Assembly (NCBI GenBank): GCA_964057225.1
Contig: OZ059899.1
Span: forward strand, 4,278,001-4,342,000
Reading direction: 5' to 3'
DNA from: Auanema rhodensis
Taxonomy: Eukaryota; Animalia; Nematoda
DNA length: 64,000 nt
Position 1 is the stretch's first letter. Each line of letters opens with the position of its first letter. This document shows, in pieces, positions 50,801 through 64,000 of the stretch. The notes under the pieces were generated by a model. It saw nothing but the letters and a program-made list of their open reading frames with translations. It was not told the origin of the DNA and did not search any database. Both the position numbers and the translations under genes were made by a program.

Positions 50801-53800
50801 AACCAAAACTACTGTTGGAGATATGGGGAATCGAACCCCAGACTTCTCGCATGCAAAGCGAGCGCTCTACCCCTGAGCTATATCCCCACATTCGACAGAG
50901 TTAATGACTGTGAGTTTGTTCAAACTTGAAGAACCTCTTGATCAAAAATTTTAGTTGTGAATATTAATTTTCTAATCTAATTTTTCTTTCAATCATTTTG
51001 TAAATTTCCTGAAAAAAAAAATATAAAAGTAAAGAACTTGAAGAATAAAACCAAAACTACTGTTGGAGATATGGGGAATCGAACCCCAGACTTCTCGCAT
51101 GCAAAGCGAGCGCTCTACCCCTGAGCTATATCCCCACATTCGACAGAGTTAATGACTGTGAGTTTGTTCAAACTTGAAGAACCTCTTGATCAAAAATTTT
51201 AGTTGTGAATATTAATTTTCTAATCTAATTTTTTTTTCAATCATTTTGTAAATCTCCTGAAAAAAAATATATAAAAGTAAAGAACTTGAAGAATAAAACC
51301 AAAACTACTGTTGGAGATATGGGGAATCGAACCCCAGACTTCTCGCATGCAAAGCGAGCGCTCTACCCCTGAGCTATATCCCCACATTCGACAGAGTTAA
51401 TGACTGTGAGTTTGTTCAAACTTGAAGAACCTCTTGATCAAAAATTTTAGTTGTGAATATTAATTTTCTAATCTAATTTTTCTTTCAATCATTTTGTAAA
51501 TTTCCTGAAAAAAAAAATATAAAAGTAAAGAACTTGAAGAATAAAACCAAAACTACTGTTGGAGATATGGGGAATCGAACCCCAGACTTCTCGCATGCAA
51601 AGCGAGCGCTCTACCCCTGAGCTATATCCCCACATTCGACAGAATATATGACTGTGAGTTTGTTCAAACTTGAAGAACCTCTTGATCAAAAATTTTGGTT
51701 GTGAATATTAATTTCCTATTCTAATTTTTCTTACAATCATTTTGTAAATCTCCTGAAAAAAAATATAGAAAAGTAAAGAACTTGAAGAATAAAACCAAAA
51801 TTACTGTTGGAGATATGGGGAATCGAACTCCAGACTTCTCGCATGCAAAGCGAGCGCTCTACCCCTGAGCTATATCCCCACATTCGACAGAATATATGAC
51901 TGTGAGTTTGTTCAAACTTGAAGAACCTCTTGATCAAAAATTTTGGTTGTGAATATTAATTTCCTATTCTAATTTTTCTTACAATCATTTTGTAAATCTC
52001 CTGAAAAAAAATATAGAAAAGTAAAGAACTTGAAGAATAAAATCAAAATTACTGTTGGAGATATGGGGAATCGAACCCCAGACTTCTCGCATGCAAAGCG
52101 AGCGCTCTACCCCTGAGCTATATCCCCACATTCGACAGAATATATGACTGTGAGTTTGTTCAAACTTGAAGAACCTCTTGATCAAAAATTTTGGTTGTGA
52201 ATATTAATTTCCTATTCTAATTTTTCTTACAATCATTTTGTAAATTTCCTGAAAAAAAAAATATAAAAGTAAAGAACTTGAAGAATAAAACCAAAACTAC
52301 TGTTGGAGATATGGGGAATCGAACCCCAGACTTCTCGCATGCAAAGCGAGCGCTCTACCCCTGAGCTATATCCCCACATTCGACAGAATATATGACCGTG
52401 AGTTTGTTCAAACTTGAAGAACCTCTTGATCAGAAATTTTAGTTGTGAATATTAATCTCCTTATCTAATTTTTCTTTCAATCATTTTGTAAATCTCCTGA
52501 AAAAAAATATAGAAAAGTTAAGAACTCGAAGAATAAAACCAAAATTACTGTTGGAGATATGGGGAATCGAACTCCAGACTTTTCGCATGCAAAGCGAGCG
52601 CTCTACCCCTGAGCTATATCCCCACATTCGACAAAGTCAATGACTGTGAGTTTGTTCAAACTTGAAGAACCTCTTGATCAGAAATGTTAGTTGTGAATAT
52701 TAATTTCCTAATCTAATTTTTCTTTCAATCATTTTGTAAATCTCCTGAAAAAAAATATATAAAAGTAAAGAACTTGAAGAATAAAACCAAAACTACTGTT
52801 GGAGATATGGGGAATCGAACCCCAGACTTCTCGCATGCAAAGCGAGCGCTCTACCCCTGAGCTATATCCCCACATTCGACAGAGTTAATGACTGTGAGTT
52901 TGTTCAAACTTGAAAAACCTCTTGATCAAAAATTTTAGTTGTGAATATTAATTTTCTAATCTAATTTTTCTTTCAATCATTTTGTAAATTTCCTGAAAAA
53001 AAAAATATAAAAGTAAAGAACTTGAAGAATAAAACCAAAACTACTGTTGGAGATATGGGGAATCGAACCCCAGACTTCTCGCATGCAAAGCGAGCGCTCT
53101 ACCCCTGAGCTATATCCCCACATTCGACAGAATATATGACCGTGAGTTTGTTCAAACTTGAAGAACCTCTTGATCAAAAATTTTAGTTGTGAATATTAAT
53201 TTCCTAATCTAATTTTTCTTTCAATCATTTTGTAAATCTCCTGAAAAAAAATATATAAAAGTAAAGAACTTGAAGAATAAAACCAAAACTACTGTTGGAG
53301 ATATGGGGAATCGAACCCCAGACTTCTCGCATGCAAAGCGAGCGCTCTACCCCTGAGCTATATCCCCACATTCGACAAAGTCAATGACTGTGAGTTTGTT
53401 CAAACTTGAAGAACCTCTTGATCAGAAATTTTAGTTGTGAATATTAATCTCCTAATCTAATTTTTCTTTCAATCATTTTGTAAATCTCCTGAAAAAAAAT
53501 ATAGAAAAGTTAAGAACTCGAAGAATAAAACCAAAATTACTGTTGGAGATATGGGAAATCGAACTCCAGACTTCTCGCATGCAAAGCGAGCGCTCTACCC
53601 CTGAGCTATATCCCCACATTCGACAAAGTCAATGACTGTGAGTTTGTTCAAACTTGAAGAACCTCTTGATCAGAAATTTAAGTTGTGAATATTAATTTCC
53701 TAATCTAATTTTTCTTTCAATCATTTTGTAAATCTCCTGAAAAAAAATATATAAAAGTAAAGAACTTGAAGAATAAAACCAAAACTACTGTTGGAGATAT

Positions 53801-56800
53801 GGGGAATCGAACCCCAGACTTCTCGCATGCAAAGCGAGCGCTCTACCCCTGAGCTATATCCCCACATTCGACAAAGTCAATGACTGTGAGTTTGTTCAAA
53901 CTTGAAGAACCTCTTGATCAGAAATTTTAGTTGTGAATATTTATTTCCTAATCTAATTTTTCTTTCCATCATTTTGTAAATCTCCTGAAAAAAAATATAT
54001 AAAAGTAAAGAACTTGAAGAATAAAACCAAAACTACTGTTGGAGATATGGGGAATCGAACCCCAGACTTCTCGCATGCAAAGCGAGCGCTCTACCCCTGA
54101 GCTATATCCCCACATTCGACAAAGTCAATGACTGTGAGTTTGTTCAAACTTGAAGAACCTCTTGATCGAAAATTTTAGTTGTGAATATTATTCTCCTAAT
54201 CTAATTTTTGTTTTAATCATTTTGTAAATCTCCTGAAAAAAAAAATATAAAAGTAAAGAACTTGAAGAATAAAACCAAAACTACTGTTGGAGATATGGGG
54301 AATCGAACCCCAGACTTCTCGCATGCAAAGCGAGCGCTCTACCCCTGAGCTATATCCCCACATTCGACAGAATATATGACCGTGAGTTTGTTCAAACTTG
54401 AAGAACCTCTTAATCAAAAATTTTAGTTGTGAATATTAATCTTCTAATCTAATTTTTGTTTCAATCATTTTGTAAATCTCCTGAAAAAAAATATAGAAAA
54501 GTAAAGAACTTGAAGAATAAAACCAAAACTACTGTTGGAGATATGGGTAATCGAACCCCAGACTTCTCGCATGCAAAGCGAGCGCTCTACCCCTGATCTA
54601 TATCCCCACATTTGACAGAATATATGACTGTGAGTTTGTTCAAACTTGAAGAACCTCTTGATCAGAAATTTTAGTTGTGAATATTTATTTCCTAATCTAA
54701 TTTTTCTTTCAATCATTTTGTAAATCTCCTGAAAAAAAATATATAAAAGTTAAGAACTCGAAGAATAAAACCAAAACTACTGTTGGAGATATGGGGAATC
54801 GAACCCCAGATTTCTCGCATGCAAAGCGAGCGCTCTACCCCTGATCTATATCCCCACATTTGACAGAATATATGACTGTGAGTTTGTTCAAACTTGAAGA
54901 ACCTCTTGATCGAAAATTTTAGTTGTGAATGTTGATCTCCTAATCTAATTTTTGTTTCAATCATTTTGTAAATCTCTTGAAAAAAAAATATAAAAGTAAA
55001 GAACTTGAAGAATAAAACCAAAACTACTGTTGGAGAAATGGGGAATCGAACCCCAGACTTCTCGCATGCAAAGCGAGCGCTCTACCCCTGAGCTATATCC
55101 CCACATTCGACAGAATATATGACCGTGAGTTTGTTCAAACTTGAAGAACCTCTTAATCAAAAACTTTAGTTGTGAATATTAATCTTCTAATCTAATTTTT
55201 GTCTCAATCATTTTGTAAATCTCCTGAAAAAAAATATAGAAAAGTAAAGAACTTGAAGAATAAAACCAAAACTACTGTTGGAGATATGGGTAATCGAACC
55301 TCAGACTTCTCGCATGCAAAGCGAGCGCTCTACCCCTGATCTATATCCCCACATTTGACAGAATATATGACTGTGAGTTTGTTCAAACTTGAAGAACCTC
55401 TTGAACAAAAATTTTAGTTGTGAATATTAATCTCCTAATCTAATTTTTGTTTCAATCATTTTGTAAATCTCCTGAAAAAAAATATATAAAAGTAAAGAAC
55501 TTGAAGAATAAAACCAAAACTACTGTTGGAGATATGGGAAATCGAACCCCAAACTTCTCGCATGCAAAGCGAGCGCTCTACCCCTGAGCTATATCCCCAC
55601 ATTCGACAAAGTCAATGACTGTGAGTTTGTTCAAACTTGAAGAACCTCTTGATCAGAAATGTTAGTTGTGAATATTAATTTCCTAATCTAATTTTTCTTT
55701 CAATCATTTTGTAAATCTCCTGAAAAAAAATATATAAAAGTAAAGAACTTGAAGAATAAAACCAAAACTACTGTTGGAGATATGGGGAATCGAACCCCAG
55801 ACTTCTCGCATGCAAAGCGAGCGCTCTACCCCTGAGCTATATCCCCACATTCGACAAAGTCAATGACTGTGAGTTTGTTCAAACTTGAAGAACCTCTTGA
55901 TCAGAAATTTTAGTTGTGAATATTAATCTCCTAATCTAATTTTTCTTTCAATCATTTTGTAAATCTCCTGAAAAAAAATATAGAAAAGTTAAGAACTCGA
56001 AGAATAAAACCAAAATTACTGTTGGAGATATGGGGAATCGAACTCCAGACTTCTCGCATGCAAAGCGAGCGCTCTACCCCTGAGCTATATCCCCACATTC
56101 GACAAAGTCAATGACTGTGAGTTTGTTCAAACTTGAAGAACCTCTTGATCAGAAATTTTAGTTGTGAATATTAATTTCCTAATCTAATTTTTCTTTCAAT
56201 CATTTTGTAAATCTCCTGAAAAAAAATATATAAAAGTAAAGAACTTGAAGAATAAAACCAAAACTACTGTTGGAGATATGGGAAATCGAACCCCAGACTT
56301 CTCGCATGCAAAGCGAGCGCTCTACCCCTGAGCTATATCCCCACATTCGACAAAGTCAATGACTGTGAGTTTGTTCAAACTTGAAGAACCTCTTGATCAG
56401 AAATTTTAGTTGTGAATATTAATTTCCTAATCTAATTTTTCTTTCAATCATTTTGTAAATCTCCTGAAAAAAAATATATAAAAGTAAAGAACTTGAAGAA
56501 TAAAACCAAAACTACTGTTGGAGATATGGGGAATCGAACCCCAGACTTCTCGCATGCAAAGCGAGCGCTCTACCCCTGAGCTATATCCCCACATTCGACA
56601 GAGTTAATGACTGTGAGTTTGTTCAAACTTGAAGAACCTCTTGATCAAAAATTTTAGTTGTGAATATTAATTTTCTAATCTAATTTTTTTTTCAATCATT
56701 TTGTAAATCTCCTGAAAAAAAATATATAAAAGTAAAGAACTTGAAGAATAAAACCAAAACTACTGTTGGAGATATGGGGAATCGAACCCCAGACTTCTCG

Positions 56801-59800
56801 CATGCAAAGCGAGCGCTCTACCCCTGAGCTATATCCCCACATTCGACAGAGTTAATGACTGTGAGTTTGTTCAAACTTGAAGAACCTCTTGATCAAAAAT
56901 TTTAGTTGTGAATATTAATTTTCTAATCTAATTTTTCTTTCAATCATTTTGTAAATTTCCTGAAAAAAAAAATATAAAAGTAAAGAACTTGAAGAATAAA
57001 ACCAAAACTACTGTTGGAGATATGGGGAATCGAACCCCAGACTTCTCGCATGCAAAGCGAGCGCTCTACCCCTGAGCTATATCCCCACATTCGACAGAAT
57101 ATATGACTGTGAGTTTGTTCAAACTTGAAGAACCTCTTGATCAAAAATTTTGGTTGTGAATATTAATTTCCTATTCTAATTTTTCTTACAATCATTTTGT
57201 AAATCTCCTGAAAAAAAATATAGAAAAGTAAAGAACTTGAAGAATAAAACCAAAATTACTGTTGGAGATATGGGGAATCGAACTCCAGACTTCTCGCATG
57301 CAAAGCGAGCGCTCTACCCCTGAGCTATATCCCCACATTCGACAGAGTTAATGACTGTGAGTTTGTTCAAACTTGAAGAACCTCTTGATCAAAAATTTTA
57401 GTTGTGAATATTAATTTTCTAATCTAATTTTTCTTTCAATCATTTTGTAAATTTCCTGAAAAAAAATATAAAAGTAAAGAACTTGAAGAATAAAACCAAA
57501 ACTACTGTTGGAGATATGGGGAATCGAACCCCAGACTTCTCGCATGCAAAGCGAGCGCTCTACCCCTGAGCTATATCCCCACATTCGACAGAATATATGA
57601 CTGTGAGTTTGTTCAAACTTGAAGAACCTCTTGATCAAAAATTTTGGTTGTGAATATTAATTTCCTATTCTAATTTTTCTTACAATCATTTTGTAAATCT
57701 CCTGAAAAAAAATATAGAAAAGTAAAGAACTTGGAGAATAAAATCAAAATTACTGTTGGAGATATGGGGAATCGAACCCCAGACTTCTCGCATGCAAAGC
57801 GAGCGCTCTACCCCTGAGCTATATCCCCACATTCGACAAAGTCAATGACTGTGAGTTTGTTCAAACTTGAAGAACCTCTTGATCAGAAATTTTAGTTGTG
57901 AATATTAATCTCCTAATCTAATTTTTCTTTCAATCATTTTGTAAATCTCCTGAAAAAAAATATAGAAAAGTTAAGAACTCGAAGAATAAAACCAAAATTA
58001 CTGTTGGAGATATGGGGAATCGAACTCCAGACTTTTCGCATGCAAAGCGAGCGCTCTACCCCTGAGCTATATCCCCACATTCGACAAAGTCAATGACTGT
58101 GAGTTTGTTCAAACTTGAAGAACCTCTTGATCAGAAATGTTAGTTGTGAATATTAATTTCCTAATCTAATTTTTCTTTCAATCATTTTGTAAATCTCCTG
58201 AAAAAAAATATATAAAAGTAAAGAACTTGAAGAATAAAACCAAAACTACTGTTGGAGATATGGGGAATCGAACCCCAGACTTCTCGCATGCAAAGCGAGC
58301 GCTCTACCCCTGAGCTATATCCCCACATTCGACAGAGTTAATGACTGTGAGTTTGTTCAAACTTGAAAAACCTCTTGATCAAAAATTTTAGTTGTGAATA
58401 TTAATTTTCTAATCTAATTTTTCTTTCAATCATCTTGTAAATTTCCTGAAAAAAAAAATATAAAAGTAAAGAACTTGAAGAATAAAACCAAAACTACTGT
58501 TGGAGATATGGGGAATCGAACCCCAGACTTCTCGCATGCAAAGCGAGCGCTCTACCCCTGAGCTATATCCCCACATTCGACAGAATATATGACCGTGAGT
58601 TTGTTCAAACTTGAAGAACCTCTTGATCAAAAATTTTAGTTGTGAATATTAATTTCCTAATCTAATTTTTCTTTCAATCATTTTGTAAATTTCCTGAAAA
58701 AAAATGTATAAAAGTAAAGAACTTGAAGAATAAAACCAAAACTACTGTTGGAGATATGGGGAATCGAACCCCAGACTTCTCGCATGCAAAGCGAGCGCTC
58801 TACCCCTGAGCTATATCCCCACATTCGACAGAATATATGACCGTGAGTTTGTTCAAACTTGAAGAACCTCTTAATCAAAAACTTTAGTTGTGAATATTAA
58901 TCTTCTAATCTAATTTTTGTTTCAATCATTTTGTAAATCTCCTGAAAAAAAATATAGAAAAGTAAAGAACTTGAAGAATAAAACCAAAACTACTGTTGGA
59001 GATATGGGTAATCGAACCCCAGACTTCTCGCATGCAAAGCGAGCGCTCTACCCCTGAGCTATATCCCCACATTTGACAGAGTTAATGACTGTGAGTTTGT
59101 TCGAACTTGAAGAACCTCTTGATCAAAAATTTTAGTTGTGAATATTAATCTTCTAATCTAATTTTTGTTTCAATCATTTTGTAAATCTCCTGAAAAAAAA
59201 TATAGAAAAGTAAAGAACTTGAAGAATAAAACCAAAACTACTGTTGGAGATATGGGGAATCGAACCCCAGATTTCTCGCATGCAAAGCGAGCGCTCTACC
59301 CCTGAGCTATATCCCCACATTCGACAGAATATATGACCGTGAGTTTGTTCAAACTTGAAGAACCTCTTAATCAAAACTTCTAGTTGTGAATATTAATCTT
59401 CTAATCTAATTTTTGTTTCAATCATTTTGTAAATCTCCTGAAAAAAAATATAGAAAAGTAAAGAACTTGAAGAATAAAACCAAAACTACTTTTGGAGATA
59501 TGGGTAATCGAACCCCAGACTTCTCGCATGCAAAGCGAGCGCTCTACCCCTGAGCTATATCCCCACATTCGACAGAGTTAATGACTGTGAGTTTGTTCGA
59601 ACTTGAAGAACCTCTTGATCAAAAATTTTAGTTGTGAATATTAATCTCCTAATCTAATTTTTCTTTCAATCATTTTGTAAATTTCCTGAAAAAAAATATA
59701 GAAAAGTAAAGAACTTGAAGAATTAAACCAAAACTACTGTTGGAGATATGGGGAATCGAACCCCAGACTTCTCGCATGCAAAGCGAGCGCTCTACCCCTG

Positions 59801-62800
59801 AGCTATATCCCCACATTCGACAGAATATATGACCGTGAGTTTGTTCAAACTTGAAGAACCTCTTAATCAAAAATTTTAGTTGTGAATATTAATCTTCTAA
59901 TCTAATTTTTGTTTCAATCATTTTGTAAATCTCCTGAAAAAAAATATAGAAAAGTAAAGAACTTGAAGAATAAAACCAAAACTACTGTTGGAGATATGGG
60001 TAATCGAACCCCAGACTTCTCGCATGCAAAGCGAGCGCTCTACCCCTGATCTATATCCCCACATTTGACAGAATATATGACTGTGAGTTTGTTCAAACTT
60101 GAAGAACCTCTTGATCAGAAATTTTAGTTGTGAATATTTATTTCCTAATCTAATTTTTCTTTCAATCATTTTGTAAATCTCCTGAAAAAAAATATATAAA
60201 AGTTAAGAACTCGAAGAATAAAACCAAAACTACTGTTGGAGATATGGGGAATCGAACCCCAGATTTCTCGCATGCAAAGCGAGCGCTCTACCCCTGATCT
60301 ATATCCCCACATTTGACAGAATATATGACTGTGAGTTTGTTCAAACTTGAAGAACCTCTTGATCGAAAATTTTAGTTGTGAATGTTGATCTCCTAATCTA
60401 ATTTTTGTTTCAATCATTTTGTAAATCTCTTGAAAAAAAAATATAAAAGTAAAGAACTTGAAGAATAAAACCAAAACTACTGTTGGAGAAATGGGGAATC
60501 GAACCCCAGACTTCTCGCATGCAAAGCGAGCGCTCTACCCCTGAGCTATATCCCCACATTCGACAGAATATATGACCGTGAGTTTGTTCAAACTTGAAGA
60601 ACCTCTTAATCAAAAACTTTAGTTGTGAATATTAATCTTCTAATCTAATTTTTGTCTCAATCATTTTGTAAATCTCCTGAAAAAAAATATAGAAAAGTAA
60701 AGAACTTGAAGAATAAAACCAAAACTACTGTTGGAGATATGGGTAATCGAACCTCAGACTTCTCGCATGCAAAGCGAGCGCTCTACCCCTGATCTATATC
60801 CCCACATTTGACAGAATATATGACTGTGAGTTTGTTCAAACTTGAAGAACCTCTTGAACAAAAATTTTAGTTGTGAATATTAATCTCCTAATCTAATTTT
60901 TGTTTCAATCATTTTGTAAATCTCCTGAAAAAAAATATATAAAAGTAAAGAACTTGAAGAATAAAACCAAAACTACTGTTGGAGATATGGGAAATCGAAC
61001 CCCAAACTTCTCGCATGCAAAGCGAGCGCTCTACCCCTGAGCTATATCCCCACATTCGACAAAGTCAATGACTGTGAGTTTGTTCAAACTTGAAGAACCT
61101 CTTGATCAGAAATGTTAGTTGTGAATATTAATTTCCTAATCTAATTTTTCTTTCAATCATTTTGTAAATCTCCTGAAAAAAAATATATAAAAGTAAAGAA
61201 CTTGAAGAATAAAACCAAAACTACTGTTGGAGATATGGGGAATCGAACCCCAGACTTCTCGCATGCAAAGCGAGCGCTCTACCCCTGAGCTATATCCCCA
61301 CATTCGACAAAGTCAATGACTGTGAGTTTGTTCAAACTTGAAGAACCTCTTGATCAGAAATTTTAGTTGTGAATATTAATCTCCTAATCTAATTTTTCTT
61401 TCAATCATTTTGTAAATCTCCTGAAAAAAAATATAGAAAAGTTAAGAACTCGAAGAATAAAACCAAAATTACTGTTGGAGATATGGGGAATCGAACTCCA
61501 GACTTCTCGCATGCAAAGCGAGCGCTCTACCCCTGAGCTATATCCCCACATTCGACAAAGTCAATGACTGTGAGTTTGTTCAAACTTGAAGAACCTCTTG
61601 ATCAGAAATTTTAGTTGTGAATATTAATTTCCTAATCTAATTTTTCTTTCAATCATTTTGTAAATCTCCTGAAAAAAAATATATAAAAGTAAAGAACTTG
61701 AAGAATAAAACCAAAACTACTGTTGGAGATATGGGAAATCGAACCCCAGACTTCTCGCATGCAAAGCGAGCGCTCTACCCCTGAGCTATATCCCCACATT
61801 CGACAAAGTCAATGACTGTGAGTTTGTTCAAACTTGAAGAACCTCTTGATCAGAAATTTTAGTTGTGAATATTAATTTCCTAATCTAATTTTTCTTTCAA
61901 TCATTTTGTAAATCTCCTGAAAAAAAATATATAAAAGTAAAGAACTTGAAGAATAAAACCAAAACTACTGTTGGAGATATGGGGAATCGAACCCCAGACT
62001 TCTCGCATGCAAAGCGAGCGCTCTACCCCTGAGCTATATCCCCACATTCGACAGAGTTAATGACTGTGAGTTTGTTCAAACTTGAAGAACCTCTTGATCA
62101 AAAATTTTAGTTGTGAATATTAATTTTCTAATCTAATTTTTTTTTCAATCATTTTGTAAATCTCCTGAAAAAAAATATATAAAAGTAAAGAACTTGAAGA
62201 ATAAAACCAAAACTACTGTTGGAGATATGGGGAATCGAACCCCAGACTTCTCGCATGCAAAGCGAGCGCTCTACCCCTGAGCTATATCCCCACATTCGAC
62301 AGAGTTAATGACTGTGAGTTTGTTCAAACTTGAAGAACCTCTTGATCAAAAATTTTAGTTGTGAATATTAATTTTCTAATCTAATTTTTCTTTCAATCAT
62401 TTTGTAAATTTCCTGAAAAAAAAAATATAAAAGTAAAGAACTTGAAGAATAAAACCAAAACTACTGTTGGAGATATGGGGAATCGAACCCCAGACTTCTC
62501 GCATGCAAAGCGAGCGCTCTACCCCTGAGCTATATCCCCACATTCGACAGAATATATGACTGTGAGTTTGTTCAAACTTGAAGAACCTCTTGATCAAAAA
62601 TTTTGGTTGTGAATATTAATTTCCTATTCTAATTTTTCTTACAATCATTTTGTAAATCTCCTGAAAAAAAATATAGAAAAGTAAAGAACTTGAAGAATAA
62701 AACCAAAATTACTGTTGGAGATATGGGGAATCGAACTCCAGACTTCTCGCATGCAAAGCGAGCGCTCTACCCCTGAGCTATATCCCCACATTCGACAGAG

Positions 62801-64000
62801 TTAATGACTGTGAGTTTGTTCAAACTTGAAGAACCTCTTGATCAAAAATTTTAGTTGTGAATATTAATTTTCTAATCTAATTTTTCTTTCAATCATTTTG
62901 TAAATTTCCTGAAAAAAAATATAAAAGTAAAGAACTTGAAGAATAAAACCAAAACTACTGTTGGAGATATGGGGAATCGAACCCCAGACTTCTCGCATGC
63001 AAAGCGAGCGCTCTACCCCTGAGCTATATCCCCACATTCGACAGAATATATGACTGTGAGTTTGTTCAAACTTGAAGAACCTCTTGATCAAAAATTTTGG
63101 TTGTGAATATTAATTTCCTATTCTAATTTTTCTTACAATCATTTTGTAAATCTCCTGAAAAAAAATATAGAAAAGTAAAGAACTTGGAGAATAAAATCAA
63201 AATTACTGTTGGAGATATGGGGAATCGAACCCCAGACTTCTCGCATGCAAAGCGAGCGCTCTACCCCTGAGCTATATCCCCACATTCGACAAAGTCAATG
63301 ACTGTGAGTTTGTTCAAACTTGAAGAACCTCTTGATCAGAAATTTTAGTTGTGAATATTAATCTCCTAATCTAATTTTTCTTTCAATCATTTTGTAAATC
63401 TCCTGAAAAAAAATATAGAAAAGTTAAGAACTCGAAGAATAAAACCAAAATTACTGTTGGAGATATGGGGAATCGAACTCCAGACTTTTCGCATGCAAAG
63501 CGAGCGCTCTACCCCTGAGCTATATCCCCACATTCGACAAAGTCAATGACTGTGAGTTTGTTCAAACTTGAAGAACCTCTTGATCAGAAATGTTAGTTGT
63601 GAATATTAATTTCCTAATCTAATTTTTCTTTCAAACATTTTGTAAATCTCCTGAAAAAAAATATATAAAAGTAAAGAACTTGAAGAATAAAACCAAAACT
63701 ACTGTTGGAGATATGGGGAATCGAACCCCAGACTTCTCGCATGCAAAGCGAGCGCTCTACCCCTGAGCTATATCCCCACATTCGACAGAGTTAATGACTG
63801 TGAGTTTGTTCAAACTTGAAAAACCTCTTGATCAAAAATTTTAGTTGTGAATATTAATTTTCTAATCTAATTTTTCTTTCAATCATCTTGTAAATTTCCT
63901 GAAAAAAAAAATATAAAAGTAAAGAACTTGAAGAATAAAACCAAAACTACTGTTGGAGATATGGGGAATCGAACCCCAGACTTCTCGCATGCAAAGCGAG
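35836..64000 (-). repeat. tRNA-Ala(TGC) 248-bp tandem array, right arm, about 113 units, continues beyond the window end
   Basis: Uninterrupted 247-249 bp periodicity, with higher-order blocks of 21 and 22 units. Confidence 0.98.

Noticed and set aside
120-63091. Dozens of repeated 60-102 aa ORFs (MIKRFFKFEQ..., MNKLTVIYSV...)
   Set aside because: They read through the tRNA gene, mostly begin at non-ATG codons (TTG etc.), and are broken by stops or frameshifts in many units. They are a by-product of the repeat.
1-64000. CRISPR-like array interpretation
   Set aside because: There are no unique spacers (whole 248-bp units are near-identical), no cas genes, and the context is eukaryotic.

Overview
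Eukaryotic, AT-rich DNA, probably from a nematode judging by the tRNA sequence. Most of the window is a tandem array of a ~248-bp unit, each carrying one 72-nt tRNA-Ala(TGC) gene: roughly 210 copies, mostly on the minus strand, with higher-order duplications. The array is interrupted at 18162-29606 by an 11,445-bp Ty3/gypsy LTR retroelement. It has identical 337-bp LTRs with non-canonical CGT...ACG ends, a 4-bp TATT target-site duplication and a tRNA-Gln primer-binding site. Its coding order is unusual: Gag - internal signal peptide - herpesvirus-gB-like (class III) envelope ectodomain - TM - protease - RT - RNase H - integrase. The env therefore sits between gag and pol in what looks like one ~2,890-aa polyprotein, broken in this copy by a single -1 frame break at ~22943. 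A second anomaly is an inverted block (33980-35835) that forms a ~3.7-kb near-perfect palindrome within the array. The many 60-102 aa ORFs in the array are artefacts of the repeat.
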